Positions 1 through 9,832 of a stretch of DNA of 64,000 nucleotides are shown here, in pieces (the first letter of the stretch is position 1; each line of letters begins with the position of its first letter). This DNA is from Gammaproteobacteria bacterium. GTDB lineage: Bacteria > Pseudomonadota > Gammaproteobacteria > Eutrophobiales > Eutrophobiaceae. The stretch covers positions 4,277,125 to 4,341,124 of the forward strand of contig OZ220696.1 in NCBI GenBank assembly GCA_965116495.1, given 5' to 3'. The position numbers and the translations under genes are program-made. The notes below the pieces were generated by a model. That model had not been told where the DNA came from. It saw only the letters and a list, made by a program, of their open reading frames with translations, and ran no database searches.

Positions 1-570
1 ACCATCTTTCCGGCTGGGCATATCACCGCGCCGGGAGTGATCAACCAGGACGCCGGCGGCAAGACCTGGATAGGGCCTTTTGCCGTCAACCCTGCCACGA
101 TGGCAGAGGTCGAACAACTGGCGGACGCCCTCACGCGCAGCGGGCTGGAATGTCTGGCTATGGAGGACGCCCGCGGGGCGCAATGGACCAAACTGATATT
201 CAACTCCGCCTCCAATGCCATGGCCGCCCTGACGCGCCTGCCCCACGGGGTGGCCTGCGACCAGGAAGGGGTACGCAGGATCATGTCGGTCCTGGTGAAG
301 GAGGGCATGGCCGTGGCGGACGCCCTGGGGATTACCCTGGACAGCGACCCGGAGGCGCTGATCGATTACGGCAGGGAAAAGGCCTATTACCACCCTCCCA
401 GCATGTTGCAGGACGTGATGGCGGAAAGGCTGACCGAGGTGGACGCCCTGAACGGCGGGATCGCAAGGCTGGGCAGGGAACTGGGTATCCCATGCCCCAT
501 GAACGAGGCGTGTGCTGCCTTGATCAAGGGCCTGGAGGCATCCTGGACGCTCAAATATCCTGAACATTAA
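1..570 (+). CDS. Ketopantoate reductase family protein (ApbA/PanE), 5' end outside window
   Basis: C-terminal ApbA motifs WTKLIFN..N, PSMLQD...R.TEVDALNG; frame open from window start. Confidence 0.8.
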   Translation, partial: TIFPAGHITAPGVINQDAGGKTWIGPFAVNPATMAEVEQLADALTRSGLECLAMEDARGAQWTKLIFNSASNAMAALTRLPHGVACDQEGVRRIMSVLVKEGMAVADALGITLDSDPEALIDYGREKAYYHPPSMLQDVMAERLTEVDALNGGIARLGRELGIPCPMNEACAALIKGLEASWTLKYPEH

Positions 571-664
571 GATGTACATCTAGATTCAGGGTAAATATCC
601 GTGAATTTTACTTTTACTCCAAAAATACAGCAAAAATAAATACTTATTGATGAGGAAATGATAA

Positions 665-1819
665 ATGACTGATTATATAAACCGTTTTCGACCCAGCCAG
701 GCAGAGATTGAGCGGCGTTACGCCAACGTGCGTGCGGCTATGGCGAAGGAAGGACTGGATGCGCTGGTGGTCAGCGGTAGCGAATACACGGGATTCGAGG
801 GCGCCGTGCGCTACATGTGCGGGTTCGTGATCCTGCACCGCTATGCCTACGTGGTCATCCCCGCCGATGGCGACCCTGTCTGCGTATTCCCGCGGGAAGC
901 GACCTGGGTGGGGGACCATTCGGCCACCTTTATCGAGAAACGCGAGTTTCCCGCCCATTGCGGTGAGTGGATGGCGGACTTCCTGCAGGGCAGGGGCGTC
1001 AAGAAGCTGGGCATCTACGGTCTGCAGTACATCATCAACGTGCGTGATTATTCCGCCCTGGCGGCGCAGGACTTTGAGATTGTCGACTTTGAGATCCAGT
1101 TCGACTATGCCCGGGCGCAGAAGAGCGAGGAAGAGATTGCCTCGGTGCGCCATTCCATGGAGATCAACAAGCAGGGAGTACTGGACGTGATCCAGGGCTA
1201 CGAGCCGGGCAAGACGGAGGCAGAACTGATGGGTATCGCCGAGAATACCTTTGCCGCAGCCGGCTGCGCCAGGAACACCATGGACATGATCCAGATGGGG
1301 CCGAACGGCTCCCTGGAACCGCAGATGGTGTTCCCCTCAAACCGCCCCGTACAGGACAGCGACGGTATGATGTACGGCCTTGAGATCTCCGGTGAGGGCG
1401 GCCACTGGGTCGAGTTTTCCCGTCCCATGTTCCCACAGGGCATGGACGATATCACCAGGGAGATGATGACGGCCTACCAGGAATTCCATGAACTGGCCAA
1501 GGAACACATGAAGGCCGGCAACACGGCCGAGGCGGCCAGCAACGCCTGCATGAAGCCGATATTCGACCGCGGCTACCGCTCCGGCCACGTCTGCGGCCAC
1601 TCCATCGGCATGACCATGATCGAAATGCCGAGGATAGGCGAAGGCTTCGACTTCGTCCTGCCGGAAGACATGGTCTGCTCCATGCACCCGCACTTCATGA
1701 ACCAGGAACGCACCCACTCACTGTACTTCCAGGAAACCTACCGCGTCGGCCGTGACGGCGGCGAACCCCTGTCGGGGGTGCCGATCAAGGCGTACCAGGG
1801 AGGCGAAGAGTCTTTTTAG
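665..1819 (+). CDS. M24 family metallopeptidase (Xaa-Pro peptidase/creatinase fold)
   Basis: Creatinase-like N-terminus, KSEEEI motif, GHVCGHSIG and SMHPH; some canonical metal ligands look altered. Confidence 0.75.
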   Translation: MTDYINRFRPSQAEIERRYANVRAAMAKEGLDALVVSGSEYTGFEGAVRYMCGFVILHRYAYVVIPADGDPVCVFPREATWVGDHSATFIEKREFPAHCGEWMADFLQGRGVKKLGIYGLQYIINVRDYSALAAQDFEIVDFEIQFDYARAQKSEEEIASVRHSMEINKQGVLDVIQGYEPGKTEAELMGIAENTFAAAGCARNTMDMIQMGPNGSLEPQMVFPSNRPVQDSDGMMYGLEISGEGGHWVEFSRPMFPQGMDDITREMMTAYQEFHELAKEHMKAGNTAEAASNACMKPIFDRGYRSGHVCGHSIGMTMIEMPRIGEGFDFVLPEDMVCSMHPHFMNQERTHSLYFQETYRVGRDGGEPLSGVPIKAYQGGEESF

Positions 1820-1828
1820 TCTGGCGGT

Positions 1829-1876
1829 AATTTGGGACACCCATAAATTGACGCTAATTTATGGGTGTCCTGAATT
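1829..1876. repeat. Palindromic REP-like repeat, family A (AATT[TC][GA]GGACACCCATAAATT...AATTTATGGGTGTCC[TC][GA]AATT)
   Basis: Inverted arms read directly; same unit at 2503, 7529, 14950 and 51818. Confidence 0.9.
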
Positions 1877-1955
1877 ACTTCTCGAATCCCACGATCTTAA
1901 AATTACCGGATGACAAAGTACTTGTTGATAATTACAATATAATTATAATATCATT

Positions 1956-2249
1956 ATGGAAAATTGGGTCTTCGAATGGGACCCTGACAAGGATGTTTCT
2001 AATCAAGGGAAACACGGTATTTCATTTGGAGAGGCAAAGACAGTATTCACGGATCAGTTCGCTCGTTTGATAGCTGATCCCGACCACTCGCAAGAGGAAG
2101 ACAGATTTATTCTTCTGGGTATGAGTATCTATTCAAAGTTATTAGTCGTCTGTCACTGTATCAGAACCGGTGAGGTTATCCGCATCATTTCAGTACGTAA
2201 AGCAGACAAACTGGAGCGACGTATCTACGAGGACTTCCGCCATGCGTAA
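1956..2249 (+). CDS. BrnT family toxin
   Basis: FEWD..K...N..KHGISF.EA..VF.D...EDRF..LG...IRIIS.RKA signature. Confidence 0.9.
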   Translation: MENWVFEWDPDKDVSNQGKHGISFGEAKTVFTDQFARLIADPDHSQEEDRFILLGMSIYSKLLVVCHCIRTGEVIRIISVRKADKLERRIYEDFRHA

Positions 2250-2451
2250 ACACTATGATTTCTCAAATTCCAAGCCTAACCCGTACGCGCAAAGACTTAA
2301 AAAACAAATAACAATTCGCATAGACGAAGACACCATTGCCTATTTCAAAAATATGGCTGAGGAAAAAGGGATTCCTTACCAGGGCCTTATTAATTTGTAT
2401 TTACGGGATTGTGCCCAATCTCATCGCGACCTGAAGATACAGTGGCAGTAA
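2242..2451 (+). CDS. BrnA family antitoxin
   Basis: ATG at 2242 overlaps the brnT end; MRKHYDFS..KPNPY..LKKQITIRID...YFK......IPYQ.LIN.YL. Confidence 0.88.
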   Translation: MRKHYDFSNSKPNPYAQRLKKQITIRIDEDTIAYFKNMAEEKGIPYQGLINLYLRDCAQSHRDLKIQWQ

Positions 2452-2502
2452 TCCGAGCAGGTGAACAGCCCAGGATTTGCCGGAAACTTCACCGAGAGGG
2501 AA

Positions 2503-2577
2503 AATTCAGGATACTCATAAATTGACGGGAATCCAGGACACCCATAAATTGTGACTAATCTATGGGTGTCCTGAATT
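2503..2577. repeat. Family A palindromic repeat, three arms
   Basis: aattcaggatactcataaatt / aatccaggacacccataaatt / aatctatgggtgtcctgaatt. Confidence 0.85.
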
Positions 2578-2668
2578 ACTTATCCGTATCACCGACATCA
2601 CCTCCGTCCTTTGCCGCGTTTTTTGTTGCTTATAGCCTTGAGCAGCCACGCAACGGCTCCCGGCGTTG

Positions 2669-2794
2669 ATGGAAGCCAACAACAAAGAAAATGATGCTCT
2701 AAATCTCCAGGTATTAAAAACCTATCTCAGATGCCTGAACGAGACAGATAAGGAAGTTTACTCCCGTACTTCATCTTGTCCTGATACTAACTGA
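2669..2794 (+). pseudogene. 3' remnant of a paralogue of the 6085-6672 gene
   Basis: Translates to EANNKENDALNLQVLKTYLRCLNETDKEVYSRTSSCPDTN*, matching EANNIELDVNNLRILKNFLRCPNETYKEVYSRTSSCLDAH*. Confidence 0.8.
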
Positions 2795-4041
2795 GACGAT
2801 TCCAGAAGCCAGCGTCGGAGTGGCAACAATCGCACCTTTCGTCTTGTCGCGTACCACTCTACTTCTTCCTCCCCATCTGTATCTGCCGTAAGAACGAGAA
2901 GTTGGTCGCAGGAAAGAGCCTCAGCGGCCTTGAGCAGTGCGCGTATTTCCCGTCGCCGGGTTTCCGGGCGGGACATGTCCTGGCATACCTGGATGAGTTG
3001 TGTGACTTGACGGTCTTTCTTGACGACGAAGTCGACCTCCCGCTGTTGCGGGTCCTTCCAGAAAAAGATCTCGCAGTCGCCATCTAAAGCACGCTTACGA
3101 AGCGCAATCGCAACCATGTTCTCAGCGAGCCTGCCTGTATCAGGAGTAAATTGACCGACCCGGGATGTTACGAAGCCGTTGTCTATGCAATAGATCTTGC
3201 GGTTGGCCGTTGCCTGTTCTCTCACTTTGAAGGAGAAACGGGAGAGTGAAAAGAACAGGAAGGACTCCTCCAGATACCCGATGTACCTTGCTACCGTGTG
3301 AACGCTTTTGCACTGAGTCACGGTAGTCAGCCGGTTCAGTGAGTACTCCCGGGCGATGTTGGCAAGCAGGTAAGCGGCGAGATCCTCAATGCCGGCGACG
3401 GAGCGGATTCGGCGGCGGCGTATGATGTCCTTATACAGGATGGAATCCCACAATGTGGTCAGGTAGAAACCACGATCCATATCCCGCAGCAGGGGCTCCG
3501 GATATCCGCCGTCCCTGGTGTAACGATGCAACGCCTCGGCCCTTTCATGTTCGGTGAGGTCTGCATCTCGAGAACGAAGGAATTCACCATACGAAAAAGG
3601 AAAAAGCACGATGGGAAGATGGCGTCCGGTCAGGTGGGTCGCCAGTTCGCTGCTCAGCAGATGCGCGTTACTGCCGGTAAGAATCAGTCGGAAGCCCTGA
3701 CGCTGGAGGCGATTCACAAACAGCTCCCATCTATCCAGGTTTTGAATTTCATCCAGCAGCAAGTAACGTGGATTATCGTATACCTCGTTGACGGCGGCGA
3801 TAAGCCGGTCGTAATCCGTTACATCGGTCAGACGTTCGTCATCGAAATTGAGATAGCCACGCGCAGAAAAGCGGGCCAACAGACGCATGGCCAGAAAGGA
3901 TTTTCCACAACGACGAGGGCCTGTGATAACCCTGATAAGACCATCGTCGCGCAGGGGGCCGGCGAGTTGCCGTTCAACGTAACGCTCCTGTAAGCGCCCG
4001 TCTAATTCCCGTTTCTGCATTTCCACCACATCTTGGAGCAT
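2758..4041 (-). CDS. AAA_14 ATPase with C-terminal DUF4143 (PD-(D/E)XK-like) domain
   Basis: Walker A GPRRCGKS, Walker B LLLDEIQ, TGSN, GGYPE, KIYCIDNG, EVDFV..QLIQV; start inferred at MLQD. Confidence 0.88.
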   Translation of the reverse strand: MLQDVVEMQKRELDGRLQERYVERQLAGPLRDDGLIRVITGPRRCGKSFLAMRLLARFSARGYLNFDDERLTDVTDYDRLIAAVNEVYDNPRYLLLDEIQNLDRWELFVNRLQRQGFRLILTGSNAHLLSSELATHLTGRHLPIVLFPFSYGEFLRSRDADLTEHERAEALHRYTRDGGYPEPLLRDMDRGFYLTTLWDSILYKDIIRRRRIRSVAGIEDLAAYLLANIAREYSLNRLTTVTQCKSVHTVARYIGYLEESFLFFSLSRFSFKVREQATANRKIYCIDNGFVTSRVGQFTPDTGRLAENMVAIALRKRALDGDCEIFFWKDPQQREVDFVVKKDRQVTQLIQVCQDMSRPETRRREIRALLKAAEALSCDQLLVLTADTDGEEEVEWYATRRKVRLLPLRRWLLESSQLVSGQDEVRE

Positions 4042-4060
4042 TGTTTCACCCACCACTCTG

Positions 4061-4134
4061 TTTTGTGTATAAAGCATATCATAATACACAAAACTTGTAA
4101 GATTTATGTGTTATAAATATATGAATACACAAAA
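4061..4134. promoter_or_regulatory. Tandem palindromic operator-like sites upstream of the ATPase
   Basis: TTTTGTGTAT-N13-ATACACAAAA (4061-4093) plus an imperfect second copy (4103-4134). Confidence 0.6.
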
Positions 4135-4179
4135 ATTACAGAAAAGTTGAGTTTTGAGTCATTTCCTGTCTGAATCCTT

Positions 4180-6051
4180 TTATCCTGAAAACTCAAACAA
4201 CCCCGAACTGGATGCAGGCGCCCGGAACCTGTCGGCATACCCTGCTACATCCTCGGGACCCGTGATAGGAATGGAACACCTGTCGGGATTGCATATATAC
4301 AACCTTGCTTCCTTGCCGGACGGGTAGCGGCCGGATTTCTCAAAATGCAGCAATTTGCGCGGGTGGTATACGCCTCTCGCAGCGTTGAATAATGCCTGTG
4401 CATCTTCATGATCAGGATCACCAACCACTGAGAATTCCACGTAGGCGGCGGTGATTTTCTCCAGTAACAGCGCAGTCTGGCCCGTAATCCGGCCTTCCCG
4501 GCGCAGGATTTCAGGTGTGGCAACGGCCCTTATGGTGGCCTCGGGGATCTCCGCATAGTCGCCGTTTTTTGTATATACCCATAAGTCGTAGATAAATTGG
4601 GCGGCAACGGCATTCAACTCCAGGGGTTTTCTCGGTGCGATTATGGTTGCCGTTTCGTCGGGTATGGCGGAGTAGAAGCCGCCGTTTTCCCGGTCATAGA
4701 GATTGATCAACAGGGCGTCGGCGATACTGACGGCGTGGTCCAGCCATTTCGGATCGCCGGTTGCGCGGGACAGGGCCAGTAACGCCGTGCCCATCCAGGC
4801 CTGTGCGCCCAGGTATGGCTTGTCATGGGTAACCAGGGGACGCATCCGCTTATCACCTGTTATGGAATCCGTGGCATGAACCTGAAATACCCAGCCTGTT
4901 TCCGTTGTTCTGTTCTGCAATAACGCATCAACGGCATTGATTGCGGTTTTAAGATAACGGCCATCCCCGGTATTTTCGTAGGTGATGATATACGCGTTGA
5001 TCAACTGTGCGTTCTTGTCGGTGTAGGCAGCGTGATCGATGGGAGGGATGCCGTACTTCTGCCGTCCCTGGTCATTGTCGATCAGCCAGTACTCCACGGT
5101 GCTCATGCCGTCCTGCAGGTGGGGCGGATCGTCCTCCTGGCTGGTATAGAAGGTGTTGTTGCTGTCTTTCATCCAGTCATGAAGGAATTTATCTACCGCG
5201 GCGATACCGGCAAGGTACTGGTCATCCCCGCTGTTGGCATAGGCGTGGGAAAATGCGATCAAGGCGCTGGCCTGGTTGGCAATGCGTTTCTCCGGCACGG
5301 CGTTCAGTCCTTTGAAGCGTGGCGGGGATTGATCGAAAGAGCGCACGTAGACCCCGCCCCAGACGGGGTCTACGGCATCCAGGTAGGCAGAGCTGGTTTT
5401 CAGCGCCAGGCGTTTCAGTTCGTCGTTGCCGTACATGTGGGCGCGCAGGTACAGGTGTTGCAACGGGGCGCCCGTGGTGGTGGAGATGCCGTTCCTGGAC
5501 CAGCCGCCGTGTTGTTCATTTAAGCGGTTGTCCAGTTGCACCCGCAGCCGGTTTCTCAATACGGTGATGTCGGTTTCAACCGGTTCCGGGGGCGCCGAGT
5601 AGGGCGCCAGCTCATCGGGAACAATGTTGCCTGCCTGTTTCTGGTCGATGATTTTCTCCAGGATGGGGATAAAATTGCCCGGTCTCCGGTTACCGGCAAG
5701 CGCCAGGACTTGCGTGCCGTCCGCAGTCATGAATATGGTTGCCGGCCATGACCAGTCGGAGTAACGCTCTCCTAAATCAGGTTGTGCTTCGGCATCGGCG
5801 ACAACCGCAACGAAATTCTCGTTGATCAATTTGATCACGTCACCGTGCGTGTAGGTGTCCTCGTCCATCCAGCGGCATGCGGTGCAGCCCTCGATACCCA
5901 CATCCAGGATAACCAGCTTGTCTGTCTGCTTTGCCTGCTCAAACGGCGCCTTGCCCCATTGTTGCCATTGGATTGCTGCGGGTTCGGCAATTACTGACGT
6001 AGTTAAACATATCAGTAATACATTGATTGAAATCTGATTTAATATTTTCAT
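4180..6051 (-). CDS. DUF255/YyaL-like protein (thioredoxin domain plus alpha/alpha barrel), probably exported
   Basis: Signal-like N-terminus, CTAC.WM..TY, WPATIF, C-terminal YIC...CS.P. Confidence 0.75.
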   Translation of the reverse strand: MKILNQISINVLLICLTTSVIAEPAAIQWQQWGKAPFEQAKQTDKLVILDVGIEGCTACRWMDEDTYTHGDVIKLINENFVAVVADAEAQPDLGERYSDWSWPATIFMTADGTQVLALAGNRRPGNFIPILEKIIDQKQAGNIVPDELAPYSAPPEPVETDITVLRNRLRVQLDNRLNEQHGGWSRNGISTTTGAPLQHLYLRAHMYGNDELKRLALKTSSAYLDAVDPVWGGVYVRSFDQSPPRFKGLNAVPEKRIANQASALIAFSHAYANSGDDQYLAGIAAVDKFLHDWMKDSNNTFYTSQEDDPPHLQDGMSTVEYWLIDNDQGRQKYGIPPIDHAAYTDKNAQLINAYIITYENTGDGRYLKTAINAVDALLQNRTTETGWVFQVHATDSITGDKRMRPLVTHDKPYLGAQAWMGTALLALSRATGDPKWLDHAVSIADALLINLYDRENGGFYSAIPDETATIIAPRKPLELNAVAAQFIYDLWVYTKNGDYAEIPEATIRAVATPEILRREGRITGQTALLLEKITAAYVEFSVVGDPDHEDAQALFNAARGVYHPRKLLHFEKSGRYPSGKEARLYICNPDRCSIPITGPEDVAGYADRFRAPASSSGLFEFSG

Positions 6052-6084
6052 AGAGGCACACCATATTAAACGGGTTATAAGACT

Positions 6085-6672
6085 ATGAAGAGGTCCATTC
6101 GGGTAGCACTTGTGGGTTTGGCTACAAGTCTCATTCTATTGACCGTTAATGTCAAATCACAAGCTGAACAGGAACGTGAATGTACCGTTACCTCGGCTGA
6201 TCTCAGCAAGCTGACTTCTGACGTATTTGATCAGGGTCTGGACTCTCTCTTGTCGTGGAGATGTCTTGCTGATAGAGAGGATTTCAGACAAGCACAAGAG
6301 TTAATCAAAAAATTCATAATGACCAACGCTGGAAAACTTGATCAGTATGATGTACGAAATTTATATTTTCATTCTAGTCAGTTAGCGGCTCTCGATGGAA
6401 GATATGAGAATGCAATTGAGAAATTTTCCAGGACAATTGATGATAACGACGGCACTTCTCATTTCTTGAGTTGGAATGAATATGTGTCAGGCACTATCCA
6501 TTTCCTGCAAGGAGACATTGAGAAACTGGGCCAGGAAATTAAAAAAATAGAAGCTAACAATATAGAACTGGATGTTAATAATCTCCGGATATTAAAGAAT
6601 TTTCTCAGATGCCCGAATGAGACCTATAAGGAAGTTTACTCTCGCACTTCTTCTTGTCTGGATGCTCACTGA
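6085..6672 (+). CDS. Hypothetical exported protein, helical/TPR-like
   Basis: Hydrophobic N-terminal signal, AT-rich 195-aa ORF; paralogous remnant at 2669. Confidence 0.6.
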   Translation: MKRSIRVALVGLATSLILLTVNVKSQAEQERECTVTSADLSKLTSDVFDQGLDSLLSWRCLADREDFRQAQELIKKFIMTNAGKLDQYDVRNLYFHSSQLAALDGRYENAIEKFSRTIDDNDGTSHFLSWNEYVSGTIHFLQGDIEKLGQEIKKIEANNIELDVNNLRILKNFLRCPNETYKEVYSRTSSCLDAH

Positions 6673-6722
6673 GAAACAGGATTTCTCGTACACGCTACTT
6701 GTGAGTACAAACACTCAGGATT

Positions 6723-6755
6723 AGAATTACCGTATTACTGATTTTCAGTAATTCT
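6723..6755. promoter_or_regulatory. Palindromic operator upstream of the AbrB/VapC operon
   Basis: AGAATTAC...ATTACTG-ATTTT-CAGTAATTCT nested inverted repeat; antitoxins typically autorepress at such sites. Confidence 0.55.
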
Positions 6756-6793
6756 GCTATTATTGGAAATCATTTTCATTATTGGATTTATTC

Positions 6794-7039
6794 ATGGTAA
6801 ATACATTAATAGTTTCGGAACGCGGACAAATCACTCTTCCGGCGGCAATCAGAAAGCGATTAGGGCTGAAAGGAGGAGGTGCACTTATTCTGGAGGAACG
6901 TAACAGTGAACTGGTCCTCAAACCTGCCGCGGTGATGGAGATCGAAATATATGACGAAGAACAAATTGCGCAGTGGAATAAGGATGATCAATTAAGTGGT
7001 ACCGATCGGAATCAAATTAAAAAATCATTGGAACGATAG
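6794..7039 (+). CDS. AbrB/MazE/SpoVT family antitoxin
   Basis: VSERGQITLPAAIRKRLGL..G..L.LE....LVLKP; ATG at 6794 preferred over TTG 6782. Confidence 0.85.
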   Translation: MVNTLIVSERGQITLPAAIRKRLGLKGGGALILEERNSELVLKPAAVMEIEIYDEEQIAQWNKDDQLSGTDRNQIKKSLER

Positions 7040-7041
7040 AG

Positions 7042-7473
7042 TTGAAACGGATATTTCTGGATGCGAATGTGTTGTTTACCGCAACGCATAATCCTCGAGG
7101 TAAAGCTGCTTTTATTGTAGAGCTTGGGAGGGAAAATTACTGGACATTATATTCCAGCGTCTATGCAGTTGCCGAAGCCCGGTATAATTTAGAGATCAAG
7201 TTTCCGGAACGATTACCCGGGTTTGAAATCCTGCTTGACAGCATCAAAATCATTAAGCACCAGGAAAAGAAAACCAGCCTTCCAGGTTTGAATGAGAAAG
7301 ATCAGCCCATATTTCAGGCGGCGATGGAATGTTCCGCAACACATCTGATTACCGGTGATAAAAAGGATTTTGGGAAGTTTATGAATAAACCCGGAGAAAC
7401 ATTCAGCATTAATATCCAAACCCCCGGTGACTTTCTCAAGGAAATTAACCTTCCCGCGGATTCACATGAGTAA
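7042..7473 (+). CDS. PIN domain toxin (VapC-like)
   Basis: IFLDANVLF, EA..N, KD.PI..AA, LITGD.KDF. Confidence 0.88.
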   Translation: MKRIFLDANVLFTATHNPRGKAAFIVELGRENYWTLYSSVYAVAEARYNLEIKFPERLPGFEILLDSIKIIKHQEKKTSLPGLNEKDQPIFQAAMECSATHLITGDKKDFGKFMNKPGETFSINIQTPGDFLKEINLPADSHE

Positions 7474-7528
7474 GCCCGCTGAAGCGGCGAAAATCGTAAT
7501 CTGCTGAAGATGAGGCAATTCAGGAGGA

Positions 7529-7576
7529 AATTTGGGACACCCATAAATTGCGGGTAATTTATGGGTGTCCCAAATT
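7529..7576. repeat. Family A palindromic repeat overlapping the recQ stop codon
   Basis: aatttgggacacccataaatt-gcgggt-aatttatgggtgtcccaaatt, perfect arms. Confidence 0.9.
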
Positions 7577-9370
7577 TTCCTGGTGGGTGCGGATGACGGT
7601 GAGGAAGGTATCGCCGTATTTTTCCAGTTTGCTCTGGCCTACGCCGGTGACTTGAAGCAGTTCATCCGGGGTGGCGGGGAGGGTGTTTGCCATTCCGATG
7701 AGGGTGGTATCGTGGAAGATTACGTAGGGGGGCAGGCTTTGTTCGACGGCCAGTTGTTTGCGGCGGGCCTTTAGTTTTTCCAGCAGGTCGGGATCGGTGG
7801 TCTGCACGGGGGTTTTATCGCGTTGTTTGCGGGGTGGTTTTTTGAGCTTGTCGTCTTTGCGCAGGAATACCTGGGTCTCGCCCTGCAGCAGGGGTTTGCT
7901 CTGTTCGGTCAGCAGCAGGGAACCGAAGCCTTTCATATCGACGGTTAAAAAACGGCGTGCGATCAATTGCCGGAACACGGAGCGCCATTGCTGCATGTCC
8001 AGTTCCTCGCCGATGCCGAAGGTGCTGAGGCGCTGGTGGTTGAACTTCCTCACCTTGTCGTTTTCCTTTCCCAGCAGCACGTCGATCAGGTGCCTGGCGC
8101 CAAAGCGCTGGCCGCTGCGGTAGACGCAGGACAAGGCCTTGCGCGCGGCAGTCGTGCCGTCCCAGGTCGCGACCGGATGCAGGCAGGTATCGCAGTTGTC
8201 GCAGCGGGCCGGGGATTCCTCGCCGAAATATTGCAGCAGGACATGGCGGCGGCAACTGGTGATTTCGCACAGGCCCAGCATGGATTCGAGTTTATAGCGT
8301 TCGATGCGTTTATGGTTTTCATCCGCGTCCGATTGCTCCAGCATCAGCCGCAGCTTGACTACGTCTTCCAGGCCGTAGACCATCCAGGCGTCGGCGGGCG
8401 CGCCGTCCCGTCCCGCCCGCCCGGTCTCCTGGTAGTAAGCCTCGATACTCTTCGGCAGGTCCAGGTGGGCGACGAAACGCACGTCCGGTTTGTCGATCCC
8501 CATGCCGAAGGCAATGGTGGCGACGATGATGATCCCGTCTTCCTGCAGGAAGCGCTGCTGGTGCCGGGCGCGCGTACGCGCGTCAAGCCCTGCATGGTAG
8601 GGCAGGGCCGTCCTGCCCTGCTTGTCCAGCCAGCCGGCGATGGCCTCGGTTTTTTTGCGGGACAGGCAATAGACGATGCCGGCGTCTCCCTCGTGTTCCG
8701 TCTCCAGGAACTGCAGCAACTGCCGGCGTTCCTCCAGCTTAGTTGTAATCCGGTACTGAATGTTGGGACGGTTGAAACCGCTGATAAATACCTTCGCCTG
8801 GTTAAGACCCAGGCGCGCCCGGATCTCGTGGCGGGTCCGTTCATCCGCCGTCGCGGTCAGGGCAATGCGGGGTATCAACGGGAACCGCTGGTGCAGTTGA
8901 TCCAGGGCCAGGTAGTCCTTGCGGAAATCATGCCCCCATTGCGAGACGCAGTGAGCCTCGTCGATTGCAAACAGGGCCACCTGCGTCCGTTCGAGCAACG
9001 CCAGGGTGCGCTCCTGTAACAGGCGTTCCGGGGCAATATAGAGCAGGTCCGCGTCATTGTTCAGCAGTGCCTGTTCCGTTTCCCTGGCTGCCTGCGGCGG
9101 CAGGGTCGAATTGAGGTAGGCGGCTTTGATACCAAGTTGCAGCAGGGCGCTGACCTGGTCCTGCATCAGGGCAATGAGTGGCGAGATGATGATGCCTGTG
9201 CCCGGGCGGATCAGCGCCGGGACCTGGTAACACAGTGATTTGCCGCCGCCGGTGGGCATGAGGACCAGTGCATCGTCCCCGGCGAGCAAGGTGTTGATGA
9301 TGTCCTGCTGGTCCCCGCGAAAGTTCCGGTAGCCGAACGTATTGCGCAGAATATCCAGTGCCTGTTCCAT
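7559..9370 (-). CDS. recQ: ATP-dependent DNA helicase RecQ
   Basis: [57 protein letters not shown] cysteines, HRDC domain. Confidence 0.97.
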   Translation of the reverse strand: MEQALDILRNTFGYRNFRGDQQDIINTLLAGDDALVLMPTGGGKSLCYQVPALIRPGTGIIISPLIALMQDQVSALLQLGIKAAYLNSTLPPQAARETEQALLNNDADLLYIAPERLLQERTLALLERTQVALFAIDEAHCVSQWGHDFRKDYLALDQLHQRFPLIPRIALTATADERTRHEIRARLGLNQAKVFISGFNRPNIQYRITTKLEERRQLLQFLETEHEGDAGIVYCLSRKKTEAIAGWLDKQGRTALPYHAGLDARTRARHQQRFLQEDGIIIVATIAFGMGIDKPDVRFVAHLDLPKSIEAYYQETGRAGRDGAPADAWMVYGLEDVVKLRLMLEQSDADENHKRIERYKLESMLGLCEITSCRRHVLLQYFGEESPARCDNCDTCLHPVATWDGTTAARKALSCVYRSGQRFGARHLIDVLLGKENDKVRKFNHQRLSTFGIGEELDMQQWRSVFRQLIARRFLTVDMKGFGSLLLTEQSKPLLQGETQVFLRKDDKLKKPPRKQRDKTPVQTTDPDLLEKLKARRKQLAVEQSLPPYVIFHDTTLIGMANTLPATPDELLQVTGVGQSKLEKYGDTFLTVIRTHQENLGHP

Positions 9371-9466
9371 GTGTTGTTTCTCCTGTTAACCCTGTACGGC
9401 GGATACGGTCCCCGCCCATTACATTATGACGGAAACCCTTCCGGACAGAAGTTTATGCCTGCACTG

Positions 9467-9763
9467 TCAATCTTTCAATATTTCCCGCGGGAATTTATCG
9501 GCAAACTCACCGTCATCCACGCGCAGGGCCGGTTCCACCATGATTTTCCCGTTGACCGCGCACCAGGGTCGTATATAGCGGAATACGTCCTCCGAGCTGT
9601 CCGCCTCAAAGGCGGCAATGCCCCAGTGGGATGCGGCCTGTCCTTCAAAGATTACCTTCACGCCAGCAGCGCTTTCCCCCTTGTGCTCCGAATGTCTCAA
9701 CGTGCCCTTCGTTACCGCGTTAATCTCTTCCGGCATGATTTCAAAATAACAGATAAATAACAT
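9467..9763 (-). CDS. Small hypothetical protein (DUF3303-like)
   Basis: ATG 9763 with upstream AGGAG; ferredoxin-like pattern MLFICYFE...G.AAFEADS......Y..PW....EP. Confidence 0.55.
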   Translation of the reverse strand: MLFICYFEIMPEEINAVTKGTLRHSEHKGESAAGVKVIFEGQAASHWGIAAFEADSSEDVFRYIRPWCAVNGKIMVEPALRVDDGEFADKFPREILKD

Positions 9764-9832
9764 GTCAGTGCTCCTGGTTGTCTTGAAACGGGTCGGGAGG
9801 CGCAGGCGCGGCACTTCGCGGATCCGCCACCT

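Noticed and set aside
1829-2577. Family A palindromes as integron attC sites
   Set aside because: They lack RYYYAAC/GTTRRRY ends and no integron integrase is present.
7967-9019. Long antisense ORFs (also 12884-14095, 22629-23849, 34228-35376 and similar)
   Set aside because: Shadows of well-supported genes on the opposite strand in GC-rich sequence, with no motifs.
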